This document shows, one piece after another, positions 12,565 to 25,778 of a stretch of DNA of 64,000 bases. The stretch is from NCBI RefSeq assembly GCF_036321535.1, contig NC_087438.1:12774001-12838000 (forward strand), in the 5' to 3' direction. Under the pieces are notes generated by a model. It saw nothing but the letters and a program-made list of their open reading frames with translations. It searched no databases and was not told the origin of the DNA. The position numbers and the translations under genes were made by a program. The DNA comes from Camelus dromedarius (Eukaryota). How positions within the stretch are numbered: the first letter of the stretch is position 1; every line of letters begins with the position of its first letter.

Positions 12565-13105
12565 TTTATTTATTTATTTATTTTTTTACAATTGTATCAG
12601 GGATTTATTGTAAGATAGCTATTACAAAAGGACTTGTTCAATTCTTTTCCTCCATATTTTTGTGTGTAGGCAATCCTAGTGAAGAAGGGATGGAGATGGA
12701 GAAATAGTTAAAAAAGAACTCATTATCTCGTGCTATTTTATTAGAAGATTACACATGAACTTAAAAAGTTCATTGTATTTTTTAATGCCAGAATTACAAA
12801 TTACCTCAATTATGCACCTACATTGCAGTTGATGATTTTGGCTTTTTCTAGTTCAGCGTTCTGAAGACATTGGTGAAGACTGAGAATTAACGATTGTGTC
12901 CAAGTAAAGCTATCTCAAAACAGAAACCAAGTCTCATGAGAAAATTATTGAAGTTTACAAGGGAGATATGTCTTTTAGAAACAAACAAACAAAAAAACAC
13001 CTAATCACGCATCCATTTATAAGCTTTCTAATTTGGCCGCCTGGCTATCAGAACACCTTGAAGCAAATAATTCTACAGACATTTCAGAGATCAAAAGGGG
13101 GCAGG
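12565..13105 (-). pseudogene. Candidate retroposed mRNA 3'UTR fragment (parent unknown; right boundary uncertain)
   Basis: Degenerate poly(T) 12565-12587 with TTTATT (antisense AATAAA) at 12604-12609, 16 nt away; the following sequence matches no repeat I recognise. Confidence 0.35.
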
Positions 13106-14094
13106 ATGTTTCCTTGTAGCAAGGACAGAGAACAGAACTGAGGGAAGAATGCTTTTCCCCCAGTGAAGTGGTTATAGCAATGATACAGCATTTGTTAACA
13201 AAGCATCTTCTTAATGAATATTTGATTATTTCAGTAACTACCTATTCAGTCACCATTCATTCCCATGCTCCTAGAAAGAGTACTTCAAGATTCATAATAA
13301 ATGACATTTTAAACATCACATTTCTGCACTTAAGGATTGGATTAGAAGACATCCTTTTGGATCCTTTTCATTTGCTTATTACATTTATGACTTTTATAAT
13401 AGTCCCTAAACATACGAGAAGTGAATATGGGTGGAGTGTGGGGGATTCAGAAAGCAGAAGTGTTACACATTCTCACAAAAGACGATGGTCTAAATATGGG
13501 TGAAGGTGTGGGGGGAAGTGGTCTTAAAAATATCCACTGAAGTCTCTTGTCAGTCAAAGACACTGAGATCGCTGTTGGGCTTATTACCAAGGAAGGACAT
13601 CATGGCAAAACCAGTGATTCTGGAATTCCCCTCCCCAGTCATTATGATGCTCCCCCAGCTCCCACCCTCAGGCTTTCCTCAGCCCTGCTGCTTACCTGAC
13701 CTTCCTCATTACATACGCTGTGTCTCTTTACTCTCATACTTCTTTTCCTTCTCAGGACTGATTTTTTTTTTAAAATAAACTCTCTACTATTGCTTTCCAC
13801 TCTGCATTTTATTACCCAAATTCAGATATGAAATACATTTCCTTCAGCCTGACTGCTACTTCCTCATATTATTCTTTCATCTTTACGACTTAACTGAGAA
13901 TTTGTCTCCACTAAAATCCTTCCCCTCCACCACTTTGGTCCCCAACAGAATCCAATCTAAGAAACACCACCTTACAGTAATTGTGGAACTCATTCTCTCC
14001 CAATTTTCTTCTGGTTTACAAGAAACATTTTGTTTTGGAAAAAATATATATATAACCATCATTCTATCATTTAGTGTCCATCATTGATTCAAAA

Positions 14095-14500
14095 GTTGGT
14101 TCAAAGTCTAAACATAGACCTACTTTATAACCCAGCATTTGTGCCTCTAGGTATTTACCCAATTGACTTGAAAACTTATGCCCACACAAAAAGCCTGCAC
14201 ACCTGCACATGAATGGTCATAGGAGATCCATTCATAATCAGCAAAAGCTGCAAGCAATTCGTATGTCCTTCTAAAGGTGAATGGAGAAACTAACTGTGGT
14301 ACGTCCATACAATGGAATATCATTCACCAACGAAAAGAAATGCACCACCAAGCCCTGGGAAGACATGCATGAATCTTAAATGAATATTGCTGAGTGAAAG
14401 AAGCCAATATCAGAACACTATGTATTTTATGATTTCATGTATGTGAGATTCTGGAGGAGGAAACACTATAGAAACAGAAACCAAAATCAGTGGTTGCCAG
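14095..14500 (+). mobile_element. L1MC-type LINE 3' region
   Basis: ctaggtatttaccca...aaaacttatgcccacacaaaaa...ctgtggtacgtccatacaatggaata...atcagtggttgccag. Confidence 0.85.
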
Positions 14501-14686
14501 AGAAGTACCTCTTCTCTCAGATAAGTCTTGAAATGACTGCAGCCTTGTGAGACACCACAAACTTGAGGACCCTGTGAAACTGTACCAGGTTGCCTGACCC
14601 GCAGAAATGCTAAGATAATATATCTTTGTTTTTTAAGCCTCAAAATTTGGAGATAATATGTTACACAGCATTACATAACTAATCTA
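14501..14686 (+). mobile_element. MLT1D/E LTR 3' half
   Basis: tgcagccttgtgagac...cctgacccgcagaaa...tttaagcc...gttacacagca..acataactaat. Confidence 0.75.
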
Positions 14687-16199
14687 GTCATATATATTTT
14701 ATATAACATTATAACCAAGTCACTGGATGAGATTTTGTTTTTAAATAAGAAAGATGGTGTTGAAATGTTGTGAAAATATCTTTGTCCTGGATCTAAACAT
14801 GCTAACAGTTATCTCTTTAAATAGGGAAGTTTTGAAATCACACACAATGTTATGCATTCTACCTTTTCAGAATGAGATTTTTTAGTATGAACTATATTTC
14901 AAAGAAATTTATTTAGAACAAGAGTCATTCTATTGCATTTTCTCTTGATTTTCCCCTAAATTAGCATTGATTCTCCAACTATCAGTGGAAAAAAAAGGTG
15001 TGCTTTTAAAAATAAAATAGGCCAAAATAAATGTTTGGTGCCACGTTCTGCTTCCTCCTAGATGTGTCTACATTTTAACAGTGCAAGAGAAACAGACTTC
15101 TTTCTTATGTTTTATGTTAATGAGATGGAAAAGAGAAAAAAGATGATTCTAGATAAAGAAGTAAAAGCCTGTTATTCAGACTCAGAGAGGGAAATAAAAA
15201 AGAAATAATATCTAAGATAGTATAAAATGTCAAATTGTAATTTGTCTGGTTCCTCATTCATATCATGTTCAAAACTGCTCTCTCCACTGGGCTCCTTTCT
15301 ATACCAACGTGGCCCATTTCCTATACAGACATTTTCTTTGCTAATGTTCCCCATATGCACAGATTAATCTTCACATCTTCTTGTACTCATTTTGCCTCTT
15401 TGGCTTGTGTTCTGTTTGCCAGCCATATGTAACCATCCTTGCAACATTTCCAGACCCAATTTAAAGTTTGAAAAACATCCTTCCCCACACTTTGCATTTC
15501 TGTGCCTTTAGAACTTGGCATAAGTTTCTCCATCAAAATCTAACTAGTCTTCTTTTCCTTTTTTTGTTTTTCCTTTTTTTTTTTTTAGCGAGTTAATTTC
15601 AAAGAAGGATTTCCTCCTACTTTTATCATTTTTGGCCCGACTCTGAGTTCAGAGAACACAAAAAATGTAGCAATGCATCAGTGAAATCTCTTACAGTACA
15701 GTGAGGGCAATTCCAGGAGACAGGTGGTGTCTTTGAGGAACAACTGGATTGGATCAGAAAGTACTCATTCAAGGTTTTCAGTTGACTTTTTATGTGTGAA
15801 CCTCCCTTGGCTTGAGAAAGATACACAACAAGTGACCATTTACTACCACTGGAATGAAAGTTTGTCACATGTGAGCTCGTAGAATGGCCCTTGGAAAGAT
15901 TGCCCCAAAACTAAAATTTTGTTTCCTGATTTATCTGACGGCTCTCTATGGACAGAAGCAAACTATCCTATCACAACTTATATCACCCACCATGTCACAG
16001 ACGAGGACAAGTATTTATGTCATTATTCCAGGCTGGATCTTCTTTCTCCGCCTCTAAGTCATCTCCATTTTCTAAGATTTAGGTCAAGTACACTTCCTTC
16101 ACAAATCCTTCACAAACACACCCACAATGATCTCAACTTTTCTAATCTCTTGGAGCATTAATTGTCTTTTTCATTTTAGCTCTTAATTATAGAGTCATA

Positions 16200-16505
16200 C
16201 ACATCCTGGAATACGCTTTCTTTTCTTCTTTGCCTGACAAACACCTACTTGTTATTAAGGACTCATAGTAAGCAACACCTAGTCCCTGAACTCACTCCTG
16301 ACCAATCCTACCCTCTGGCACCCAGGGAAGTAAGTGTCCCCTCGACACTGCTCCCATAGCATCATCTAACTGAGAATAGAGCCTGGGTCCCTCTATCTGA
16401 TGACATACCAACCTTCTCACCTCCCCATTGCATACTAAACTAGCCCTAGGTTTAGGCAATTAATCATGAACAAACCTCAATATATATTTGATAAATAAAT
16501 GAACA
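16200..16505 (+). mobile_element. L2 LINE 3' fragment
   Basis: cctggaatacgctttc...cctactt...ctcaatatatatttgataaataaatgaa. Confidence 0.55.
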
Positions 16506-16786
16506 CAAAAATAATGAACCTGTGAAAAATGAATTACTGCATTCTTATGTGTATCAAAAAATCAACAATGCATATAAATTAATTCATTATGTATACCAAT
16601 CCATCAACTTATGTGCATGAGTTAATTAACCATTATTTTTATGGACCTAGGCTCATAAATTAATAATATGTATCAACTGCTATGTGCACATTTATTCCTT
16701 GCTGAATAGAAGGGAGAAAATACGTGCATAAGATACATATATGAGCTCTCCTATTTAACTAAAGGAGGAGATTTTGTTCTGTTCAC

Positions 16787-17116
16787 TGGAAGAGGCTGAA
16801 TGTTTGTGTCCTCTGAAAATTCATATGTTGAAACCTAATTCACAACTTGGAGGTGGAGTCTTTGGGAAGTGATTAGGTTATGATGATGAAGCTTTCATGA
16901 ATGGAATTAGTTCCCTATGAGAAAGACCCCGAAGACCTCCCTCACCCCTTCTTCCATGTGAAGACACAGCAAGAATCAGCCGTCTGTGAATCAGGAAGTG
17001 GGACCGCCTTAGACACTGCTCTGTTAGCACCTTGTTCTTGGACTTCCCAGTCTCCAGAACTGCGAGAAATGAATTTCTAGTGTTTATAAGCCACCTGGCT
17101 TAAACAGATTAAGGCA
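16787..17116 (+). mobile_element. MLT1A0-type solo LTR
   Basis: ctgaatgtttgtgtcc...aattcatatgttgaaaccta...ttggacttcccagtctccagaactg; TSD TTCAC (16782-16786) / TTCAA (17117-17121). Confidence 0.88.
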
Positions 17117-17364
17117 TTCAAATTTTGCACATTGCATATATATTTTTACTCAAAGGAAGTTAGGGAAATAGAAAATGAGCAAGAAACTACCAAGAGGAAA
17201 AATACCAATAAACCCAAGGTTTTAACCTTAGCATCTGACACATTTTCTTTACATGTTTTCATGTAGTTATTATCATGTTTTACCATTTGTACGCTGTCAT
17301 TAAAGTGGCTACACAGCATACAATGTAATAAATGGTCACAATTTAACTTATTGAATCCACCAGC

Positions 17365-17838
17365 CAGTGGGCACACACATTAGGGAAACAAAAGTTATTA
17401 AGCTCTAGGCAGAAAGGAGAGTGTTCTTCAGAGGAACTGCCGAGGTTTCAAGGAGAATTTTGGAAAAGACCTGTTAAAGGATTTGAGCTTACGTTGGGTG
17501 ATTCTAAGCAGGGTTTACAAGAAGAGGTGGCCATTTCTGAATTAAGTGCTGTCAGAAATCAGGGGCAATTCAAGGATTAGCTAACTTGGCGATTATTCTC
17601 TAGAAGGTAGGGGATCAAAGCAATGCTGGCTGCCATTGGTTAAATAAGTAGTAGTCACTCAAGTTAGTACAAAAAGGAGACTGTTTAGTTGTTTTTGTGA
17701 TTGCTGTGTGTCCTTATATCTGTCTTGTTCCAGACTGGATCATAGCCACGCCTCTCCGATGAGCGTTGATGTGTTGTGTGTTGATCATCACAGTCTAACT
17801 CTAACTGCCCACTCCCAGGATGAATTTTCACTTTCTGA
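17365..17838 (-). mobile_element. ERV1-like solo LTR (MER110/MER90-like) within an old antisense L1 fragment
   Basis: GC-richer block ending ttttcactttctga, flanked on both sides by antisense L1M-like sequence. Confidence 0.45.
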
Positions 17839-19837
17839 AATGATTTACTTATTGGACATTTAGTTTCCCACTTTTTAAATTCTTTGATGTTACATGCTGA
17901 GCAATATTATAAATGCAGCATTAACATAAAAGGTCTGGGAAATGGCAAGTTGTCATTTTTTATCTGTCTCTTTATTGCTGTTATTTTCCTGACAAATTGC
18001 CATGTACAAGTCTGAACTATCAACAATAAGATATGACGCTGTATCTTCATCATTATTGTGGATTGCATATTTTAAAAAATTGTTTATTTAATAGGCAAAA
18101 ATGGAATACAACCTTTAACTTAAATATTTAAGTTTCTATGATGATTGGTGAGGCTGATTTTGTTTTTTACATGTCTTTATGGATATCTGAAATCATTTTG
18201 AAGAATGGTGAAAAATGCATCTCTAAGATAAGACTATTGTAGATATCACTAACTCCTCAATTTCTCATCATGTGTTTTCCTATGCAGGGTAGCATCTTTG
18301 GGTAACCTTGCATATATTTATTGAGACTAAAACTGAATATTTGATATTTTTAGAAATAGTGTTTTAGTAGACAAAAATACTTAGATAATTTCTTCAGGGC
18401 AAAACTTTCAACTATTGGCAGAAATCGCAATTGATCTTGTGAATGAATGAATGAATAGGAAAAAAAAATAATCATAAAATAAAATGCTAAGGCAACACTT
18501 TAGAACTATGTGCTTCTTTATGTAATTAGTGCATTATATTTCCAAAATGAGATGACTCCGTTAATTTTAAGCTGCTGAATTTGTGGCTATTTGTTATGCC
18601 ACGAGAGAAAACATACTAGTTTTCTTTTTGCCAAATATTTTTGATTGGAACTCCATTTGAAAATGAAAAGAAGACTTCCTGGAAGAAGGACATGTGTCCA
18701 TGATGTATGTGCCTGAAATTTTATTTCACGAAATCTTGATTTAAGTTAGCATGACAGAGTTCTAGACACCAAATATATTGTCATAAATACTTATTAGATG
18801 ACATAACCCATAGGGAAATGAGACTTTCTAAATGTTAACATTTCAGCTCTACATCTTTCCCAAAATTGACTTACAAAATTAATTAAAACATAATTTAGTT
18901 ATATTTATATATATATAATTTAGTTGTATATAGCCAAATATAAATAGAAGAACTCCTAAAATTACTTAGAATATATTCCTCTTTATCAGTTATTTTATAT
19001 TGACTTTTATATCTAATTGTAGCTTTCAGATAGTAATGGAAATATACTCATTAATAAAATAACATATTTTAAATTATTGTTCAAGTTTTCTTTGAAAAGT
19101 TTTAATAATTAATTACATTATCAAAACATAGTAAATATTATTTTAGATATTGAAGCCAAATGTCTTTGAATATACACATCAACACACAAGGATATTTTAT
19201 ATACATAAATGTAATTTTATACATTAGACATATATATTATTATATTTATTATATTTAAAATAAATCATACCTTCAGAAATGGAAGCAATTGATTTTCCTC
19301 TGATTTTGAACCCCACCAGAATCCTCTGCTCTGAATATGACATGCTTTGTTCACATATGACAATCTTGTAACGTCAGTCATGTCCTACCACCAGCAACTG
19401 CATCCATTATGTAGTCCGGCAGTTTCCCTGTAATTATTTTTCAAGTCATTTCCAGAGTACTTCATAAAACATTTTTAATGCCACCATACGGAAATGAACA
19501 ATAAATTAATTCCATTTTCAAGGGCTTTTTAAAAATGTAGCTTTATTTTAGGTTGTAGTAAGTTTTGCGTTGCTACTTTTATCAGAGGCATGATATACAG
19601 TGTTTTTGTTTCTTTTAAGATAAGAGTTTCATTGTTGTAATCTAGAGAAAAAAAATTGCAGTTTAACAGTGAAACAGTGAAGTCTTTTTTTTTTTTTTTT
19701 TGGATAGGGAGGGGGAAAAAGCGAACTTACCACTCCCTCTCCCATATGCTGTAACTTTCATCTCTGTTTTGCCATCTCTTCCATTAACATTATGATTAAT
19801 GAACGCTCTCTAGAATTTCAAATACCTTGAAAAGTAG

Positions 19838-20171
19838 CCAATGCCGGCTCTTTGGAGGCTACACTGAAAATAAATAACAATAAAAACGGGGTGATCCAGG
19901 CTTTTGAAGTCTTTAAAGACACCATCACTGTGATCTTTGTACCACTGCTGAGGAAAAGAGGACAACATTTCACATTTCTGGCACTACCAATGACAACACA
20001 GCGACTGAGAGAAAGCATGAATCTCTGAGAGCAGCATTAGGATACAGGACTCCTGCTGGGCTCACCAGTTCCTTGCTCTGCACAGCTGCCTTCTCAGCTG
20101 GGGGTTTTAAATCAGCACTGTGAGAAAAGACAGAAATGACCATGGTGCATTTGCTTCACTATGAGAAAAAG
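19838..20171 (+). other. Candidate first exon of an unidentified host gene (short coding part MTMVHLLHYEKK; start uncertain)
   Basis: CCAAT at 19838; ATG at 20136 and Kozak ACCATGG at 20139-20145; donor AAG|GTAATG at 20171/20172; U-rich downstream intron; ~3 kb repeat-poor context. Confidence 0.35.
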
Positions 20172-21159
20172 GTAATGTTCAATTAACACTTCAGCCTTCT
20201 GTTTTCCAACTGACTTATTTCTGTCTTTTGTTTGTGTTTTTTTTGGGGGGTCTTTTGTTTTGTTTGTTTTCTTTTCATTTCATGGAATGAAATGCTTAAC
20301 CTAAAAATAGCGGTGTGTTTGCAGTTATGCAAGGATAGTCTCACGGCTGTGCTGAAATCAGTAAGAGTTGGAGGAATTAGAGTGATTTAAAAAAATGTGT
20401 ATATTCATACCCACAGGATATTAACATCCTGTTCACCTAACTAAGCTTGCATGTAGCAGTGAAAATATAAGGAGTGAAAGAGTAGAGCTTGTTTTGAAAG
20501 TATTTCAATAAATACAACATCTGACTTGTTGAGAATGTATATATTTACCTTACCTGCTGCTCTGTTGTAGAATTGTATATACCATAGTGTTACTAGTGAG
20601 CTTTGCTTTGAGCCTGGTTTAAATACTGATTAAAAAAAAAAAAAGACTTCATTTCAAGACAGCAATGTTTTTATCCTTCCAGCCATAAAGAAATATATTA
20701 TCTTCCTTTATACTTGCTACAACTTGATTTTGGAATTGCATAGATACAAATTAATGAACATGACTTTATAGAATACTATTCTTCATAGGATTATTTGGTT
20801 CTGTGTTCTTACAGACAAATCCACTAAGGTTCTTAGCTGTACTCTTTTTTTCTCTTTGAGAACAATTTATTTTGCAAGCCCAGAATTATACTAGAGAAAC
20901 AGCTATGTGATGGATCTGTATGTGTGCGTGCGTGAGTGTATGCTTAACTCTGACTTGGCAGGTCTTATGAATTTCCTCTCAGATTTTCATTAGCCTTCTG
21001 GTTGAAAAGTTGGCTGTTTTGAGCTTGAATAATATTCTTAAGAAGGAAGTTCAGGGGTTGAATGTTCATTGGAAACATGTCAAGATAGTTTTATTTTAAA
21101 GTTTGAACCAAAATATTCATTACCACCACTTTAGTAATTGCTCAGTATAAAATCTGGTC

Positions 21160-21560
21160 AGCAATTCATTTTACAAACATTTATTATATGCCAGGCTCTG
21201 GGCTTGGCAACAGAGACAAAAAGACAAGCATGTGGTTCTCACTCTTGAGATGTTTATAGTCCAAACCTTTTGATTAATGAGCTGTTTTCTGAAGAAGAAT
21301 TTGATGTTTAACTTTATTGCTGTACAATTAATGTTGGAAGAAAGTTTTGAAGAATTTATTGAATTTCACATCAAAGTAGAATATTTGCCTAGTAGGCAAG
21401 TAGTCTACCAAGGATTAATTTTTAATTTTCACCTACTTAGGCAACAACTACTTCCTGAATGACTCTATTGTATCACACACTGTTGCAAACACTTGGGACA
21501 TAACAGCAAACAAGAAAAACAGAGCCTCTCCCAAGAGGCTTACATTCTAGCAAGTGACTG
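21160..21560 (-). mobile_element. Two L2 3'-end fragments
   Basis: caaacatttattatatgccaggctctgggc...; caacaactacttcctgaatgactctattgtatcacacactgttg...gcttacattctag. Confidence 0.55.
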
Positions 21561-22289
21561 AGGACAAAAAGGTAGCATGAAATTTCAACATTTTTTAGAA
21601 AGACAAAAGGCAAGGTGACTGAGAAATTGAACCTGCTGACTTGATATTATAGCCACTCATCCGGCCCACTTGGTTTTCATATTGGACAAGGCTGACCCAA
21701 AGGGAAAAAAAGGGATTCTACAAATATTTGTAAACACTTTCACAATACCTAGAAGTAACTTTAAAAGCAAATAATAAATAGTTTGTAATAATGTGGTTCT
21801 TCCAAATTCTGTGTTAAGAAGACTATGCAAAAATTATTTTAATTTTTGAACGATCATGAGTAACTAAGTTAGTTAATGATAGTTTCCCTGAAACTTTCCC
21901 TTGAGCTACCAACTGGCAAAACACACATGTTCTTCACATCTACCGACATTGCTGTACACTCACTGTTGATCTGCTTTGGTTATGAGTGAAATCTGTCCCC
22001 TGAGCATGCTTCTGGGATTCCACCACAAAAAGCATTTGGAAAACATTTATATGCAGCTTCATATCATCTCTTTCTCATTTTGAATACCTCATTTTTCTAT
22101 TTTAAGATTGCAGTGGAATACATTTTCTCTCTTTTCTTTCTTGATCTCTTTCTTGGTTTATTTGTTTCTTTCCCAATTTGTATCTTCTTTCTATTTATAT
22201 GTATGTATGTTTGTATGTGTCTATCATGTATCTAAAAATGAGCATCTAATGTTTTAGCTCACCCTCAGGTATTTTAAATCTGTTTCTGC

Positions 22290-22717
22290 ATTGTCACCTC
22301 TGTTAGAATAGATGAAAAACTAAATTCTTAAGGTCCTGGGTTCTCTTGCAGTGAGAGTGACCATATTCTTTAGTTATGGACACTGAGACATGAGTATGAA
22401 CTTACTAAGAGCTTTATGAAAGATTTTGTTTACCTGATAAAAGGCAAAGACATGTCTGCATGGCTCCTTTTCTCTTCTTTCTTGAAGGCAGACTGGGATG
22501 CTGAAAGCTTCTGCAGCCATTTTGTGACGATGAGGAGGCAAATAGGAAAATAAGAGAATTTCAGAAATGCCAGCTGTAACATGCTAAAACAGCTGAACCA
22601 ATACCAACTGCCTCAAGACTTCCTTGTTATGTCTGAAAAATAAATCAATATTTACTAAGTCCCTCTAAATGGTATTTTCTGTTACTCTTAGTTGAAAGCA
22701 TTCCTAACGGATTTCAC
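22290..22717 (+). mobile_element. MLT1J-like LTR
   Basis: gcagccattttgtgacgatgag...gctgaaccaatacc...tattttctgttact...gaaagcattcctaac. Confidence 0.75.
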
Positions 22718-23870
22718 ATGCATAAATAATTTATAGAGGTTGTTGAAAGTTGAGCATTAGGTTATAAAATAAAACACTTAACAATAAAGGCAAAGTGCAA
22801 TTCTCATCTTCAGGAATTTTATGGTGAACATTTCATATGATGAGCAAATAAGCATCAAAATATTTTCTGATATTTGCCCAATGTCTGGGATCAGTTTGCA
22901 TTGGCATGTTTCTTACTGTTTTTTGGTGTTCATTTTATAACATGTAAAATAATAAATTGCATTATTAAGTTCATTGCATACCTACACTTCTGACTATATT
23001 AGAATAAAATGTATTTTAAATCTATGGATTTGTAACACTATCTGTTCAATAATATTTAAAAATTCATATTCCTTGGATACTTCAGGAATGAGAGAAATTG
23101 TTTTACTTTTACTGTTCATACTTAGGATTCTGTACATTCTATGTTTAAAAAGCTGGGCTATGAGTTTGAGCCTTTTGCTACACCATCATCCACTCTAAAG
23201 CTCTAATTTATTTAGTTATTACCTACCAAAATTAGCATAAAGCGATATCTGGAAACACCCTTTAGGAAGAATTTTTCCCAGCACAACTCTATACAACCCC
23301 ATTAATTCCCCCCTCCTTTGAGTAAAAAATCCAGACAAAACAATTTCACTAATAGGAAGGTATGTCTGACACATTAGGTTTTCCAGCCCTTTTGTGATTT
23401 ATCTGTACAACTGTATGAAATTGGCATAAAGAAGTGTCGCTGATATCAAGGAAACTGTTCCCAAGTTGCTTTGGGGAGACAATAAAGCATAACAAATAAA
23501 ATGTTGCTGTAGTAATTAAAAGAATGTGTGAGCAAATGCGAATTAAAGGGAAATTGATACCAGCAACTGATTTCAAGGCCTATTTTATACTTTCATCTCC
23601 TCTGGCAGTAATGTGGGGTTACATAGATTCATCAGATGCCAGTGGCTCTAACCGAAACTTTTATGGCCACAATAGCGGAATGCTTAACTCAGATTTGTAA
23701 TTTGGAAACTGAGATGTGCAAAGAAGCTGTTGCTGGAAGTAGAAAATAAGTAAAACAGAGATCATATAGAAAGAAGAGATCTGACAGCAAGCAAAAGCTT
23801 CACTGCAGAAGATGGAAAGAAAAAAAGAAAAAGAAAATATGTATGTCATTTTGTGTGTGCTGTGTGTATG

Positions 23871-23873
<3 letters not shown>

Positions 23874-23903
<30 letters not shown>
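23874..23903. repeat. (TG)15 microsatellite
   Basis: Read directly. Confidence 0.95.
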
Positions 23904-23907
<4 letters not shown>

Positions 23908-24183
23908 CATAGGCAGGCATGTGGGATAATTAGAAAAAGGGACTGGAAATGCATCAATATAGAGCTTGTTTCCTTTTGATGAGATGGGGAAACTATTGCC
24001 AGACAATTATCACCACCTCTTGTTTTCCAGAGTAATGTGCAGCCCACGAACTAGAGAGCTGATCTGGGACTTAAAAATGAGGGTTGCCTGCTTTCTTTGA
24101 AGCAGCATAGCATCTATGTGTGGTAGTTGAGTATAAAACAAACAGAGATGCTTTTCCTTTACATGCTAGAAGCAGTCATCCCT

Positions 24184-24197
24184 GTTGCCAAGGAAAC
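24184..24197. promoter_or_regulatory. RFX X-box motif
   Basis: GTTGCCAAGGAAAC fits GTTRCC-N2-GGNAAC; lies in unique DNA. Confidence 0.45.
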
Positions 24198-24674
24198 ATC
24201 CTCAGGCGGCAAGGGTCACCTTTGCAAATAATCAGAAGACTTCAAAAGCAGATCAATAGAGTAACACCAAGACCTGAATTTCCTAGCAAATGGCTCCTAT
24301 TTTAAATGTCATTTCCCAATAAACACTTGTTTATGTGATTACTATGTTCTGGGAAGCAGGAAGGCAAAATTGAATGTGCATTAAGTCTAGTCCAGTCTTT
24401 TCAAGCTCTGCTCTTGGAAGCCTGTGGTTTTGAAAGGCGGAATGAGCAGGCTCCATGGCTTAGATGATGGACTGACATTCAGATTTCAAAAGAGAAGCTG
24501 CACATGAGACTTCGTTTGAAGAAAGTTTCCACTCATTTCAAAAAAAAATACAGACCCTTTAAGCATGATTATACTTTATCTAAATAAGCGAGATTTTTAT
24601 TTTAATTTCTGAGAATGTTTTGTCATTATATTAGGTTTGTGCAGATTTTGTGTTAATAATGTACAATTGTGCTC

Positions 24675-25140
24675 ATTAATTCATTCTTTTCTTTAATATT
24701 TATGATTTTGTACTATGAGCCAGACACTACTCTGGATATGAGAAGGGAATAGAATGTATTCTCCACATTTGAGATCTGGGGGACTCAATCTGAGGAAGCA
24801 AGTAGCTATAGAAACAAACAATGGACCCACTTGCAGAGGGAGCACAGCAGGACGCTTGTAATTCTTTCTGGGGACGTGAGGAAAGGCTTTTGGGGAGAGA
24901 AAATGCCTGATCTTAGCTTTGAAAGGCGGATAAACATTGAGCAGAGAGTACAGTGCTAGGAGGACATTCTAAGACAGAAACGACAGTAAATGCAACGAAT
25001 CTGAAGAGCAGATTTCACTGGTGTTCTGTTGACTGAAAATCAGGATGTATTTGGGGTTGTGTTTGGAGATAAGGATGGAGAAGGAAAGTGGGCCTGGATC
25101 AAAAAGTCCTTATATGGTATAAAAAAGTTTATACCTTACT
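24675..25140 (-). mobile_element. L2 LINE fragment
   Basis: ctatgagccagacact...gaggaaaggctt...gacattctaagacagaaacgacag...ggagataaggatggag. Confidence 0.7.
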
Positions 25141-25748
25141 GTTAGTTTTCCAGATTTTTTCCTTTGTAACTTCAAACCGAGCTAATGGAATTATTTAATG
25201 CTGTAATAAGCAGAGCTTTAACTAGCTTGTTTTTATCCCCTCTTTTCTCCTTTTATAATCCAGAATTATTTACAAATACCTATTGCTTTCAGATGGCTTT
25301 AAGGAATTGTAATTTCTGAGGTTGTTTATTATCTAAAGCAAGAATTGTGAAATCCAGGGGTAAACTCTCTTGTTGTTAAAACTCACAATCATATTTGATT
25401 TATTAAAATATAAGTAATGAAATTTTATGATAGGAGGTAAAACGACCTAACTCATAGAATTAATTTGTCAGAAGCAATCAGTCCTTGAAATCACATATCT
25501 TTTTGCCAGAAAATTCAAAAGTGACAAATGCAGGTAGCACTTTTGACTACTAATGTGTTGCATGCCTCACTGAAGTGCACCTTGTTAACGCTTCCTTTTT
25601 GAGGGACAAGAATTAAACGTTGTGTATAAGAAACTGTGGAGGGTGCCTCTGTGTGAGAGCTAACGCTTTTCGGCATCATTTAGGTTAGCCACCTGTTCTA
25701 GCCTGCGTTTGCTGAATAAATTAGATGCTCTGGGGAGAGTGTGCGCAG

Positions 25749-25778
25749 CTGATTGGTTTGCCTTGTTACCAAGGCAAC
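25749..25778. promoter_or_regulatory. NF-Y Y-box plus RFX X-box composite
   Basis: CTGATTGGTT (25749-25758) followed 6 bp later by GTTACCAAGGCAAC (25765-25778). Confidence 0.55.

Noticed and set aside
20131..20146. Similarity to the PPARG start (agaaatgaccatggt)
   Set aside because: The match ends after MTMV; the following codons do not give PPARG sequence
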